Shown here in pieces: positions 36,756 to 51,098 of a stretch of 64,000 nt of DNA (the first letter of the stretch is position 1; every line of letters starts with the position of its first letter). Made by a program: the position numbers and the translations under genes. The notes beneath the pieces are model-generated. The model was given only the letters and a program-made list of their open reading frames with translations, did no database searches and had not been told where the DNA came from. This stretch comes from Eledone cirrhosa (taxonomy: Eukaryota): NCBI GenBank assembly GCA_964016885.1, contig OZ024746.1, positions 72,788,001 through 72,852,000 on the forward strand, in the 5' to 3' direction.

Positions 36756-39700
36756 TGTATATATGCATGCATGTATGTATGTATGTATGTATGTTCTTCG
36801 GTTTTATAATTTTTTACATTTTTACCAATAGAGAGAGAGTCGGTTTCTAACATAGATATAAAACTATTTCATAGGAATTTAGATAATATGTATGCATGTC
36901 TACATGCATGCATGTGTGTGTGTGTGTAGGTATGAATGTTATTGTATGTGTGGATGTGTATGTCTTGAGTTATATGTGTGCATGTGCATATGTTTTGTAT
37001 CTGTACATGTGTATATGATGCAATTATTACATACAGAACTTTTGGAATGTTTTACATTTTTTTTACTGTACTTGTAATTTCCCAACCAGTCATGTTCGTT
37101 CTAGTTCTGTGAAGTCTAACTTCTAAAGATTTGTACTGAGGCAGTTACTAACATATCCCAGTGGCCTAATAACCACAGGTATAAATCTAAAGGTATAGTG
37201 AGGGTGGAGTATCTGTAGATTCCTCATTAGTACTGTATAGATATTCTCTTTTTCGTTAATCTTTAATATTATATTGACATCTTCTCGGCAGCTAAATTCC
37301 ACTACAGTGCATAATTTCTTTTTATGTCCCATATCATTATATCTGGTCTGTGATACTTTAATCTTATTGGGGTTTTGACTGGAATATTCCACCAGTACTC
37401 TTTCATATGTGTATGTCTTCCACATTGCTGTAAATTTTTATATGTTTATTGTCAGGGCTACCTTTTCTTCAGATTGCATTTTATAGTGTTTTGGCAACAA
37501 CATCATGCCTCATAAGTAGATAGTACCATGATGACATCTTTGGACAGCTGCTTATGACATGGGTGACATCGTCGATTTTAATTTTGCAGAGTCTGCATTT
37601 GTTGTCACATACAGGTTTTTCCTGCATCCCTATCTGTTTTGAGAATCAGGTATTTTGTATTAATTTCCTGTCCTTGGATTGCAAAAGCATATCCTTCAAA
37701 GTGAGAGCCAATATAGCAGTTGATGGTCTATATTACTCTCACTCTGGAGCTTCCATGCATGATTTTTTGCTGATAAGCATGCAGTTTTTCATCCATGTAT
37801 TCACTGCGGTATTGCTGGACAATTTCCCTGAGTGTGAGATTTTGATTATCATACAGGGAGTCTCCATCTCATGCAGACAGACGTGCTCAATAGATGGACT
37901 CCTACACTTGGAGGTTCATAGATGTTGTCGGAGGGATATGATGCAACAATCAAATGCTGTCTGGACTGATGTTAGGCCTCTGCCTCCCTGTTTACGTTTC
38001 AAGTACAGGTGGTCTATATCACTGTTGATGTGGTAGTTTCTGGTGTTGTTTATCATTTTCGGGTTTTAACATCAATTGCTCGGATTTCCTTATCGTTCAA
38101 TCAAATATTCCAAACGTTGGTGTTAGGACAGGCACAGAAAACATTTTTTATTTTTATTGTATGTATGTATGTCTAGATAGATGGATCTGTAACTCGTGGT
38201 GGAGTCGGAGGTGTGCCGTAGTGATATGCTGTGTTTTGGGGACATTTTTGAAAGCTGACGGAGCTTATCCCGCTCTTCAGGTCTGACACAGCCGATTTCT
38301 CCCAGCGAAAGAGAGAAGTGACTAAGAATGTAAGAAAGAGATACAGACGAAGAATCGACCAAGGACTGGACTGGTAGATTTTTTATCGACCTCGAAAGGA
38401 TGAGAGGCAAGATTAATATACAATATGTTCATGTATAAGAAACATAGGTTTAGCTTCGCTCTAGGTATTTTAACAACATCCCCAAAACGTTATTTAGCCT
38501 GTGATTTTCTCTGAAAAGATGTACACAAGGTTCAAAACTGTAGTCTACATACATATATAATGTTTGTCTAGTCGTTGGACAAGCATGACCATCACCGACT
38601 GCTTGATTTATACTTGATTGTTCTTACATTTGTGAGACTTATTGTGACTCTTGAAGCCAGCGAGAGAATCTGAAAGAGTTTGCCACAAATACTGCAAACT
38701 AAATGCATGTTTTCGGCTTGACGGTAAAATAACATAACCTGTTGGCCCGTTGTGATACCTGAGGTGGATATAGAGGCCTACATATAAGAAACATATTAGG
38801 TGACATGTCAAACAAACTGAGGAACAGCTGAATGTACTTCCTCTCCTTTGCTGGCATCTCTTTTGATCTTTACCCAGCTTATTGTCTTTGTATGGAATGT
38901 GCGACATTCTTCATATATTTGTTTCCTACACTTGTTTCTGTCATCTGCCTGTACTTCCCTGTTGTGAAGGTCGAGATCTAATCGTGACAGCAAGTCTTTG
39001 ACACAGTCCTTGAAACGAGTGTGAGGTTACTGCTGAAGGCTTTTTCCTTCAGTCACCTACTCGTAAAGTATCTGCTTGGTGACATGATTATCGTCCAACC
39101 ATATCAGATGTTCTGTCAATAAAACACTGCAAAACAGCAGTAGTGGGTGAAACCAGATTGCAGTCATTGGTGTAGAGGAGATCGCAATTTTGTTCATAGT
39201 TGTGTGAATGCCCTTGTAATCTTTTGTCGTGAAGTTTCTGATTCTTCCAGCATGAGGCCCAAAATCTTTGTTTATTAGGCTGTATAGTTTCTTGCTATTT
39301 TTTGAATCAGCAGCTGACTTCATCTCTGCTTCAAGAATTTAACCACCAGATGTTCTGTATTTCCCACAGAGTGCATTGTGCATCAGCCATTGCTTGCTTA
39401 AATTATTCTTGTAGGAGGGCCTGTGAATCTGGGGAGTAGAGTTGAGCAACATGAAGACGTCTGGGAAGCTTGAATGTTTTATGTGACCGAGCAGGAGACT
39501 TAAGCCTTTAGCATATCTTCAATCAAAGCAGGGCATTGTCTGTGTAGCACTCTGCTCAACGCAAAAAGGCACATTGCAAATACCTTGCATGCCACGCTTA
39601 CGGACAATCATATTGTCCAGCAAGTGTCATTGCTTAAATCTTGGATGTATCCATGTTGTTACATTGTTTCCTTTGTGCTGGAAATAAACAGCTTAGACCG

Positions 39701-41971
39701 GTTGCACAGTTCGTGGAGAAGTATATTGTTGTCGTTTACATTACCTACAGCAAACCGTTCAAAGCAACTCCATATCTGCCAATTCTTATCGATTTTGGCA
39801 TTGAAGTCACCACGAAGGATAGTATAGTCAGAATTAGGGACAGATCGCAGTAAATTTCGGAGATCTTCGTAAAACAGGTTCTTGTCGTCCTCAATTCTGA
39901 CCAAGGTAAGAGCATAGTTGCTAATTGGGGTAGTGTATATATTTCTATTTAGATAGAAACTGAGTGTCAGGATTCTGTTGCTGATACAGCAGGGTAGCTT
40001 GGAAAACTCAGAGAATACAGTGTTTCGGATTGTGAATGCAACACCTGCTTCCCTACCATCTTCAAGCTTCCTACCTTTCCAGATGATGGTATAACTTCTT
40101 GCAGGTTACTGAATTTGGTGATCATCAGCAAGCCGAGTCTCCAAGAGGACAAGTATATCAACAGATTAATTTTGAAGTTCTTGACGCTAATCCAGCCAGA
40201 TGGATGAAAGATGCAGGCAATGTTTGGGGCACTTTTTCTTGACACCTTCAGATTTACTGGTGAGCAGTGCTGTCCCTAATAGGGCTGCGCAGTCAGACCT
40301 GTACACGTCACCCACTTCCCATCGACACTGGACTTCAATAGTGAAGAACACAAGATGTTAAGTGTTATGTATCAGCAATGTCTACGCAAGGGGCGACTTG
40401 CACAAAACCACAATGACCCTTACTAGTTATACCAAGAATCCCAGAGAGATTTCTGGCTCAGTAGAGCAGTGGGTTTTATATAAAAGTTAGCCTTCTCAGA
40501 GAGGAATGATTTGATAAAGACCAGAGGGTCCCCACTTCCAATGGCTTTACTACGCCCTTGGACATCAACCCAAGTATTTCTATGACACGGTACGTACATA
40601 CTATTGGATGGTCATTGACTCTCATGATTTCCTTCACCTATTGTCGCCATTTCTTCATCCCGCAGGGTGTCCAATATCCTCCTCACCAACCAGCTTGGGG
40701 TTTCCGGTTTGTGACTGTTTGTACTGGGTTACATGTTACCAGCAGGACTTGAGAGTGAACTGACATACCTACCTACCTACCTACCTACCTACATGATGGC
40801 TGCCTCCTCGCTATCGAGTATGGCCATTGCACGATATAACATTGTTAATAATTATTAATTAATGCTATCGTGCAATGCCTGTGCGTAAAGATTTTTTTAA
40901 AGGGAGGAAAGACTGGCACTGAGCCAATCCCTCTCACTGAGCAACAGTAGCTATAACCCGAAAAGAAGAAAAGATCAACATCATCAGTAACTACTGAGCC
41001 ACAGGTTTTATGTTCGAGTTATACCAGTTCCCTGAGTTGTCGCCTCCTAGAAGAATGCCCTGATAAAGGCTAGGGGTCCTTCACTCCCAGTGGTTTAACC
41101 GCGTGATCATACATACATGCATACATACATACATACATACACACATAAATACGTATCTGTACACACCTACATACTTACAACGAGAATAAATTTGAAAAAC
41201 AACAAGAACAGATAGTTTATCATCCAGACAGATATTTCCTGGCAAAGAAATGACACTTCCTCTCAAAGACTGGTGACTTAATGGGTGTATTGATCTCGTA
41301 GAATGGTTTCAACGTGTGTTTGATGTAAATCTCATACACATCAGTGAAGAAATTCTTGATGCTGTCTTCGTACTTCACATCATGTAACATAATGAAGCGG
41401 ATACGACTGGCCGTGACGAAAGATAAAACAAACCATTCGTTAAATTTATCTCCAATCTTGAGGTACATGTTGTTCGTCGTCCACAAGGTCCAGGGCAGCG
41501 TGTGCTATGAACTGGTTCAAATGTTGGTGGTCGTCCTTTTTTTTTTAGGTCGTGGTTCTTGTGGTTGGGAGGGCAGATTTCTATCTCGAATATCATGATG
41601 CCCCATAATAGCAAATTAATAGCTCCCGCCATCAAATTAAAACACAACCAGCCTGATATTTTCTATAATAGTAGACTAAAAACATGATATATTATAGAAG
41701 TTAGCTGCTCACACAATGGTAATGGGAAAACATACACACACACACATATATATTGACCTACCTACTTGCTTACATATCTGTATATATTATTGATAAAATT
41801 ACAGCTCTCCGGACGGTTTTCTGTTTCTGTAAGTATATACATGTCTGTGTGTGTGTTTCGTAATGCATTTATTAATAGATACAAATGCATGAGAAGGAAA
41901 AATACATTTATGATAACAACTTGCAGCAGCATTTATTTTATTAAAAACGACTTGATTTAGCAAAATAAATT

Positions 41972-42006
<35 letters not shown>

Positions 42007-45000
42007 ATACTGAAGTGTCGGTAAACAACCAACACATACTCAAAATTATATATATATATATATAGTGTTCCTGATTTGGGAGAAACAGAAGAAGCTATTC
42101 ATGAAATTGATGTGGAAGTGGCTGAGCATTCCATAGACACATGTATCTTCAACATAATTCTCACAGAGATTGAGTATGAGATCGTATAACAATGCTGACC
42201 TTTTGAATTACAGGTACAGTCCATTTGACGAGTCTCCAAACTATTCCTGTTCACCCAATTTCACTAACAAGGCATGGATCAACCCAAGTTATGGTAAATA
42301 GTATTTGCTAAGGGAGCTATGTAGGAGGATCAAACACACACCTTAATGATTACGAAGTGAATTTGTTAACCATTCGGCAATGTAGCGTCCACAAAATTAC
42401 AATATAGTCATAAGAAATACAGAGTAGAATACACTTACTTCGTGTCATCCTGTATTGTAGAACAACCTGGAGAATGGAGATTAAAAAAATATTAATCATG
42501 TTACTCTAGACCAAGTAATTTGAGTTCAGATACAAATAGCAGTTTTGGTATATTAACTGGATATTAGATAAAATAACCAATAAAACCAAAACAAAACAAA
42601 CCAAGAATGTTTATCATATTTAAAAAAAATATAAGGTGAACTAGATTACAAATTTTACTAATTAATTATTATCTTAGATTTTATGTGTTTATGTTGAACC
42701 AAGACCATTCTTTTTAATAACAAACGTGTTGTAGTGTCTTTGTGGTGGACCTCCGTCGGCGGCGACAGTGAATATTCCAATTGTTGGATTAATGGAATAG
42801 CTAGTTGGCGATGTTAACGTGGAAGTGCTAACAGAAACGTGTTGGTAGTAGTAGTAGCAGTATCTGAAGCAGTAGTAGTATTATTAACAGTAGTAGCAGC
42901 AACAGCAGTAGTAGTAGTCGTTCAGACTAAAGATTTGATTTTGTTGATTAGAATCTATGATCAAAGTCTTTCCAGCCATGACCATCCCTTCTGGTTTCCA
43001 AGGTTAGTATGATAAAGTGTGATTTGCTGCTATTTCTGGCAGATCGGGCGGCTACACTTAGGCTCCATCAGTGGTTAGTTGTTTTACAATGTATATCTTT
43101 TACATATTTGTGAGCCAATTGAATCGGAACTGAGCAGTGCTAGTGAATTCGGGGTAGCCAGTTGTGGTGGAGCATAGAGTTGTGTCACTATCAGCAAGAC
43201 ATACAAATGTAACTAATGTTTTTTTTTATAACAGAGGTATAAAAGGTCAAGATAAACTCAATGGAGTTTGAATTCGGCATGGAGATAGAAGAAAGTATAA
43301 TAGTCGCTTAGTCCAGCACTCTACTTTTTCTGATGATCTCCTACTTTCTGTCACACCAACCTTACTATAATATTCATACAATAGTCCTTTAGTCAGGAAA
43401 CACAACCATTTCCCTTTCTCCACCAGTAGCAAATTTCCGGGTAGAAACACGAAATAAAGTCATCAGTTTTCTACAACATTTTTCCCATGGTCACACCTGG
43501 TGTAAGTGACTGTTCCCATGAACCTCCCCCATCCACCACCTTCAAGACAAGTGATATTGGTGTTTTATAATTCGAATAAGGAGCTGCTCTAATGACCTTC
43601 TTCCCCACCTCACGATAGGTGAGATTGGTGTTGGGAAATAAGGGGCTGTTACCACGATCTTCATATCCCACTAGCGCCAGGTAAGTTTGATTCTTTGCCA
43701 GGAAGGGATTGTTCTGCATGGCTTCTCAAGTTCTCCTAAATGGGAGAAATCTATATAGTTTACAACAACACATCTTCACTAATATGTTGGGCTATTTTTC
43801 CATCTCTTCTTCCCAGTTACAGCACATTTGTTCGTAGTAAATTTTCTTTATTTGTAAATATTCATAACACCAATCATCCTATCTTGTGTCCATTTGTTAC
43901 AGTCCCATGCACAATGGAGTTGGTAGTATCGATCTTAAAGAAATGAAACTAAGAGGATCTCCAGCAGTTGACCGATGAGAAGGGACTGTCCTATGTTTCA
44001 TCCTTTTTCCCGTTTTCGCCAACCACCATTTTTGATTCAAGTTATATGATCTTAGACACGCAGGGCACTTTTTCAAATATATATATGCATGTGTGGATGC
44101 GTGTGTGTTTATGTGTGTAAGTGTATACACCTAGAAGAAGTGTAGGAGGAAACTGTTATATTCGAATAGAAATAGTGTACGATCCTCATGCCCAACTGGA
44201 TAATCTCTCCTGATACCAATGTTTACGTTTCCTTATATATCTTATGAGTACAAGGCAAAACATTGGAGCCTATAGATTACATTATAACCTTTTATGGTGG
44301 TGCACTTGCATAGTCACAGAACTGAAACCAATAAAAGTATGTAACTAATAAAGCACCGTCATTGGTGAACACTATTAGCAATGAAAGTTATGTTTGTTTT
44401 GAAAGCGGTTGAAGAGTAGATGCTTGTAAATGATTAATGGAAGAATCGACCACTTGACTTAACTTCATTCCTCAGTTATATCTGTTATACGACAGATGTT
44501 GTTACGGTCTTTTAAAATGGTTTCCGTCTGCCCAGTATTACGCACATGGGTTTATCTGATTTTATGGTAAATGATACACTGTCCAAGATGTCACGCACTG
44601 GGATCAAACCTGAGACAATGATAGTGAGATGAACTTCTTAATCATTCGGCAATGCAGTGTCCACAAATCAGAACGGCAAATTAAGCCACAAATCACATAT
44701 GTTCTACATTTGGCCATTATTTCTGGTCAAAAATCAATCCCATCGTCCAACTATGAAAAGATAAACCTCAATAGATCATGAACCCAAAGTCACGGTCTGC
44801 ATCAATTATCGATGGACGATTTTGCAGAAATAAAATCATTGTTTCAAATAATATTTTGTTATCTCATGTAAAACATAATGAACATTTTATATATGAGGGA
44901 CAAAAAAATACTTACTTGTAGTTATATCGGCTAGGCATCTCATCTGGCTGGAAATCAAAAATTGATAAAAAAATAATTTATAAATAAATCTTGGTAATTT

Positions 45001-48000
45001 AGTGTTATGAAAGACACAGGAATTGGAATAGATGTCCGACAGTTTTAACGTTGAGTGTTACTATTGTTCAATCAAGGGAAAAGCTTATTCGTGAAAATGT
45101 GACCGAGCATTCCACAGGTACAGAGTTTTAGTATGATATACCTTTTTAGTGATGTGTTCAAATCACACCTACCTATATACTTACTTTCCTACCTGTATAT
45201 ATTACTAGCTGAGGTATCCGCCTTCACGCGGGAGAACAGTTATGAGGAGACGGATAAAAGAGAAAACGTCTGTATTGGATGTGTGGTCTGGTTTACTGTA
45301 TGATGTAAGACCCTAATGTATGTGTGTGTGTGCGCGTGTGTGTATGTGTGACAGAGAAAGAGATGGAGGGCGATACAGAGAGGGAGAGAGAGAGATAGAG
45401 AGGGATAGAGAGAGAGATAGAGAGAGAGAAATTAAAGACAATAAAAAACTTCCTTATTAGGGTGGAGGAGTAAACTGCCGATTAAATGGTAGCATTGGCT
45501 TTGGATTTTAAATATTGTGAAATAACAATAGTCAGTATGATCTTTTTCAGCTCCAAAGGACGTCATCTGAAACATAGCAATATACCGCGTAACATTGCTT
45601 CTGAAGTGTTTAGCTTTGTTACTACGGTCTGTAAGCAGTATACGGATAAAAGCTGGAGGGTCCTCTATCAGTGGAAGTCTGACCTTTCTTCCTAAGCAAC
45701 ACATGCCAAATGTAATATCCATGCTACCAATGGCGACTTTAGGATCATTCCTATAATTCTTTGATGGATCATATGAAAACATAGCTCTTAGCCAGTTTAT
45801 ACTGCTTTGAAGGGTCCTTTGTGCTCGTTGAGTTTGCATTGCAACTCACATTGCCTCTCGATTTTCATATTGAACCTCTGTTTGTTGCGATAGTCTTTCT
45901 TCTTGCCTTAATCTTTTTGTTTCCTGTCTCAGGTTCTGTACATTTTCAGAAAGTTGCGATCGTCTTTCTTGTTGTCTTAACCTTTCTGCTTCCTGTCTCA
46001 TATTCTGCTGAATATCACAATGTTGACTTGTCCCTTTATTCCCAAGTCTTTTTATATATTGTTTGTGAGTTTCTCTTTTGTTTGAAGATTTCAACCATTT
46101 GGCGGACATTGTAACTCCACCGATAGATGAGCAGTGTTTTGGTGACACAATGAAATTAATTTTCTTGGAAAGTTTCGTGAAAAACAAACAAACAATACAA
46201 AGCAATAGAAAAAAATAGAAATAAATGCAAATAGCAGCCTTAGAGAATAGGTTCACTCTCTACAATCTGAATTGGGTCAATAATAACATGACGTTATCCT
46301 AAAAAAAGATAGATTAATACACATTGTAGATTAATTTCAAATAGTATCAATTTTTTCTGTGTTCTGTAAAATCAAAGTGTGGTGTAAAACAACTTTATAA
46401 AAGCTAACGCAATATTGTTAAACATTCAACTGATACTTTGATCATAGTTTAAGCCGATTCTAGACTTTTGAGGGATGTCACTCTCTCTCTCTGAATATCT
46501 AACACTTAAATTGCATCTCTCTCTGTGCCTCTCCATTTGTGTCTCTATCTCTTTAGATGTGTGTGTGTGTAGATTTTGTGTGATTGAACCAACCAACCAA
46601 CTAGTCAATAAACATCTCTCTTTTATATTATACTAGCATTAAAGCCCGGCATTGCTCGGGGTCAGTAAGTTACCAAAGTTAGGTTGTACCACCCATTTTA
46701 TGGCAATACTTTTTTGTCTGCCAGGCACTGGGTGAATGAATTGCAGACCTGGACTGCCGAAGCAGGAGCTGCACCAGCAGTGACAGTTGTAGTTTCGCCT
46801 ATGGATATTATCTCTGTGCAAAGAAGTGTTTAAATTTATTGTTTCACAGTACTTGCGCAATACGCGTGTAGACGATGCCAGCCGAACAACAGAGCTGCGA
46901 TGGAGTTGTTCTGCATGGTTGTCTAATGTGTGTTTTCTAAATTTAAGACAGTAGGGAGGGGTGTGATATGGGGAGAGTTAGCTGCTGTTTCTAGTAGGTT
47001 TAGTGACCTCATAGAGGATATGTTTTCTAAATTTAAGACAGTAGGGAGTGGTGTGATATAGGGAAGAGTTAGCTGCTGTTTCTAGCAGGTTTAGTGACCT
47101 CATAGAGGATATGTTTTCTAAATTTAAGACAGTAGGGAGGGGTGTGATATGGGGGAGAGTTAGCTGCTGTTTCTAGCAGGTTTAGTGACCTCATAGAGGA
47201 TATTATTGTGTATAGTAAATGAACTGATACTTCTTTCTTCCATGTTCGTTGATAGATGTTTTAAAAAAGATTTATCGCTATTTTTTTTGTTGTTGAATAA
47301 ATTTATCTGTTGCTTTTGAATAATTGTTGTTTCGTATGAAATGTAATAAGTTCTCTTTGTCATTTAAGTAAATAAATGTTTGACCGTTCCACACTCAAAA
47401 ACAAACGTTCCCTCTCTCTGTCTCCCTCTCACTCTCTCTCTCTCAAAGTTTGTAAATTTAATCGTATATAAGAGAAAGTTGCAGCATGTATGTAGTTTTA
47501 TCGAATTTTAAGGGGAGTAGAGAGAGTAAATCAGATTGTATTAGCGGGTTAGGCATCATGTATTTAGTTTTATCGATTATTTCCATAATTGTGGGTGAGT
47601 TTGAATGAAATAAATAGTCGTTGACCTAAGTTAGACCATTTACAACATTCTTACAGACTTTGAATCGAATCGGTTTGAAATTGTGCAAATGTATAAACAT
47701 GGAACATGTGCACACACACACACAACAACAATCTGCCTTTTATAGATATATATTGACAAAAACACTTCACTCCAGGCGGTTTTCTGCTTCTGTACATATA
47801 TGTGTGTTTCTGTGTGTGTGTGTGTGTGTGTGTGTACACGCGCGCCTGTTTTGTGTGTATAATTCGAAATGCATTTATTAATATATACAAATGCATGAGC
47901 AGGTAAAGTACATTTTTTATAAAAACTCGAACCAACATTTATTTTTGCGATTTATTTAATTTAATACGACTTGATTTAGCAACATGAATTATACTATATA

Positions 48001-51000
48001 TTGTATATATTATATACATATATATATATATATACATATAAATATATATACATACATATGTAAAATTCTTTGTCTCTCTGTCTGTCTGTCTTTTCCTTGT
48101 GCATTCTGAAACGGCTAGACCAAATCAAATCAAATTTTACGAGGTATTAGACCCCGGGATTAACACCATGTAATATTCTATTTTCATGTGGATTGAAACA
48201 ATATAACACTTTATCTAAAATAATCTACTATATAGACAACTAAGCAAACGGATATTTTATAACAACACGATGATGACAACGTCACATTTTGTACATGAGT
48301 GGGTATGTGTCTGTGAGTGTGTGTGTTTGCGAGTCCGTTACATACGTTATGCCTTAGTAAGTTACATACACAGAGATCTTCACGTAAATATTTCATCAGA
48401 TACACAGAGAATTAAACACACACACACATCAGACCGGGTGATGTGTTGTTTCCTTGAGCAAGACACTTTATTTCACATTGCTCCAGTTTACTCAGCTGTA
48501 GAAATGAGATGATAGGGACTGGGGTCCATATCATACCACTGAAAAGTGGTCGTGGAGGTGCCACGGCAAAAAAGCACCCAGCACTCACTGTAAATGAGGT
48601 TGGTGTTAGGAAGGGCATCCAGCTGTAGAAATCAAGCCAGCATCAGTTCCCGTCCCACCCTTGCAAGCAGGGAAAAAGCGGACGTAAAATGAAATGATGA
48701 TGATGATGATGATGACACATATCTAAGCATACATATACATATGTAGCGACTGACAAGTATATGTGTGTGAGTGTATGTGTGTATAAGTATGTATACATTT
48801 CTGTGACGAATGACATAACAAACGCTGGGGGTAAAACTCTGTGTGTGTTTGTATGAATGTATGTCTGTGTGTATTTATTCTAGGTTGTGTGTGTTTGTAT
48901 GAACACACACACATCTACACATACATATTTGGCAACTGAGAAGTATATGTGCGTGTGTATGTGAGAGAAGTATGAGAGTGTATGTGAGAGTGTATGTGTA
49001 TATGAGTTAATGCATACAAATATAGAGATTAATATATATTTCTTTTGGATATTGATACTTATTTGTATACAATATTGAAAAAAGAAAAATCTTTATTACA
49101 AAGATTCCTTTCATACTTACAGATGTTCCATTTGAATTTAAGAGGCTTCAGTTTCCAGTCAAACTAAGTTTTGTTATTTCAATTAACAAATATCAGGCCA
49201 GTCCCTCAAAGTAGTTGGACTTGATCTCTCTACTACATATTTCTCCCACTGTCAACGCCATGTTGGTTGCTCACGAGTTGGGAGCAGCAACAATTTATGC
49301 ATTTGCACACCAACAAAATATTACACAATGAATATTGTTTACCCTAAAGTGCTTCAAGATTCACAGATTTTCATTTCTAAATTCTATTATCATTACAATT
49401 TTGATAATTTTTCTAATAAAAAAAGATATTTTGAAATAATTATGAGAAAAAAAATATATCTTCATATTTATTGTTACTTATCTGAATAAGAACAGCAGTA
49501 ACCCGGGCAACATCGGGTCATTCAGCTGCTAGTATATATATATAGTTTTCCAATTTCGGGAGGAACAGAAGAACCTATTCATGAAATTGATGTGTAAGTG
49601 GCTGAGCATTCGACAGACACATGTATCTTCAACGTAATTCTCAAAGAGATTGAGTGTGAGATCGTGTAACAATGGTGACCTTTTGAATTACAGGTACAGT
49701 CCATTCGACCAGTCTCCAAACTATTCCTGTCCACCCAATTTCACCAACAAGGCATGGATCAACCCAAGTTATGGTAAATAGTATTTGCTAAGGGTGCTAC
49801 GTAGGGGGATCAAACACACCTTAATGATTGCAAAGTGAATTTGTTAACCATTCGGCAATGTAGCATCCACAAAATTACAATATAGTCATAAGAAATAGAG
49901 AGTAGAATACACTTACTTCGTCTTATTCTGTACTATAGAACAATCTGGAGAATGGAGGAAAAATATATTAATCATGTTACTCTAGATCAAAGGTTCTCAA
50001 TGGGGGAGTATAAAAGAAAAACGAAAGAAATCAAAGAAAATGAAAATAAGGGCAACGTCAACTATGACAACAGTTACAAGAACAACTTCAACAGAAATGA
50101 CAAGAAAAAGAAGCAATGGTGATGAAAAGTGTAGGTGTATACTTATACATACATACGAACATACACACGCATGCATACATACATACACACATATACATAC
50201 AAAGGCGGGCATTGGTGTTTGATGAGGTTGAAAAACTGTGGTAGTTAATCTCCCTAGGTAATAAAATCTGGAGACAAAATTCTCTCCTTTCCAAAAAAAC
50301 ACAAATTATGTCACATATACACACATTTAAATATAAATGCATCCATATATACAAATATATAAATGTATAGTTATATACATACGTAAATGTATGTATGTAT
50401 GTAGTTTTATATATATATATATATAGAGAGAGAGAGATTGTTATACTTGGGGAGGGTTATATTGTAATATTGCCAGAAATAATAACAGTACACACTCACT
50501 GTTTGGTTTGTTTTTGCTTCTGTAGCTTTTATATCTCCATACTTAATTTATTTGGCAATCAATGTTTATCCTTGATTGACTAGCGGTTAAAAATACAGAT
50601 ATAAATACATATATATAGTCTAACAAAGTTCTTTCGTTGCACATCTGCAACATCATCAGTGGTACTATTATGTTTCTTCCTGTTGTATTGTATGTCTACA
50701 CTATTTTTATTTTAATTAATTTATTTGTTTCTTCTTGTCTCTGTGTATGCGTTTGCGTGTGTATATAATCTTTGGTATGTCTATGGTGGCGTATGAGTGT
50801 ATGTGTTTTTTGTTTTTGTATTCTATCTTTGTTCACTAGTGTGTGTTTATATGTGTTTGTTGTTATTGTACTTGTGTATATATTAATTTATTTATATTTC
50901 CCTTAAGTCAGTATTGTTTGTTTGGGTATGGTTGTTGTTGTTATTCCATTCGTTTTTTCTGTTTAGCTTCGGTTTTCTTAGTTCTATCTCAGTTGCTTCT

Positions 51001-51062
51001 CTGATTTCCCTACCTGTAGAGTCATTGCTATGCTTTTATATATATATATATATATATATAAT

Positions 51063-51098
<36 letters not shown>

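Noticed and set aside
43471-43946. ORFs conserved between 43.5 kb and 62.6 kb read as a duplicated small-protein gene
   Set aside because: Overlapping-region ORFs on both strands are equally conserved, which reflects DNA-level identity of a duplicated intron. The third copy (55.7-56.0 kb) is broken.
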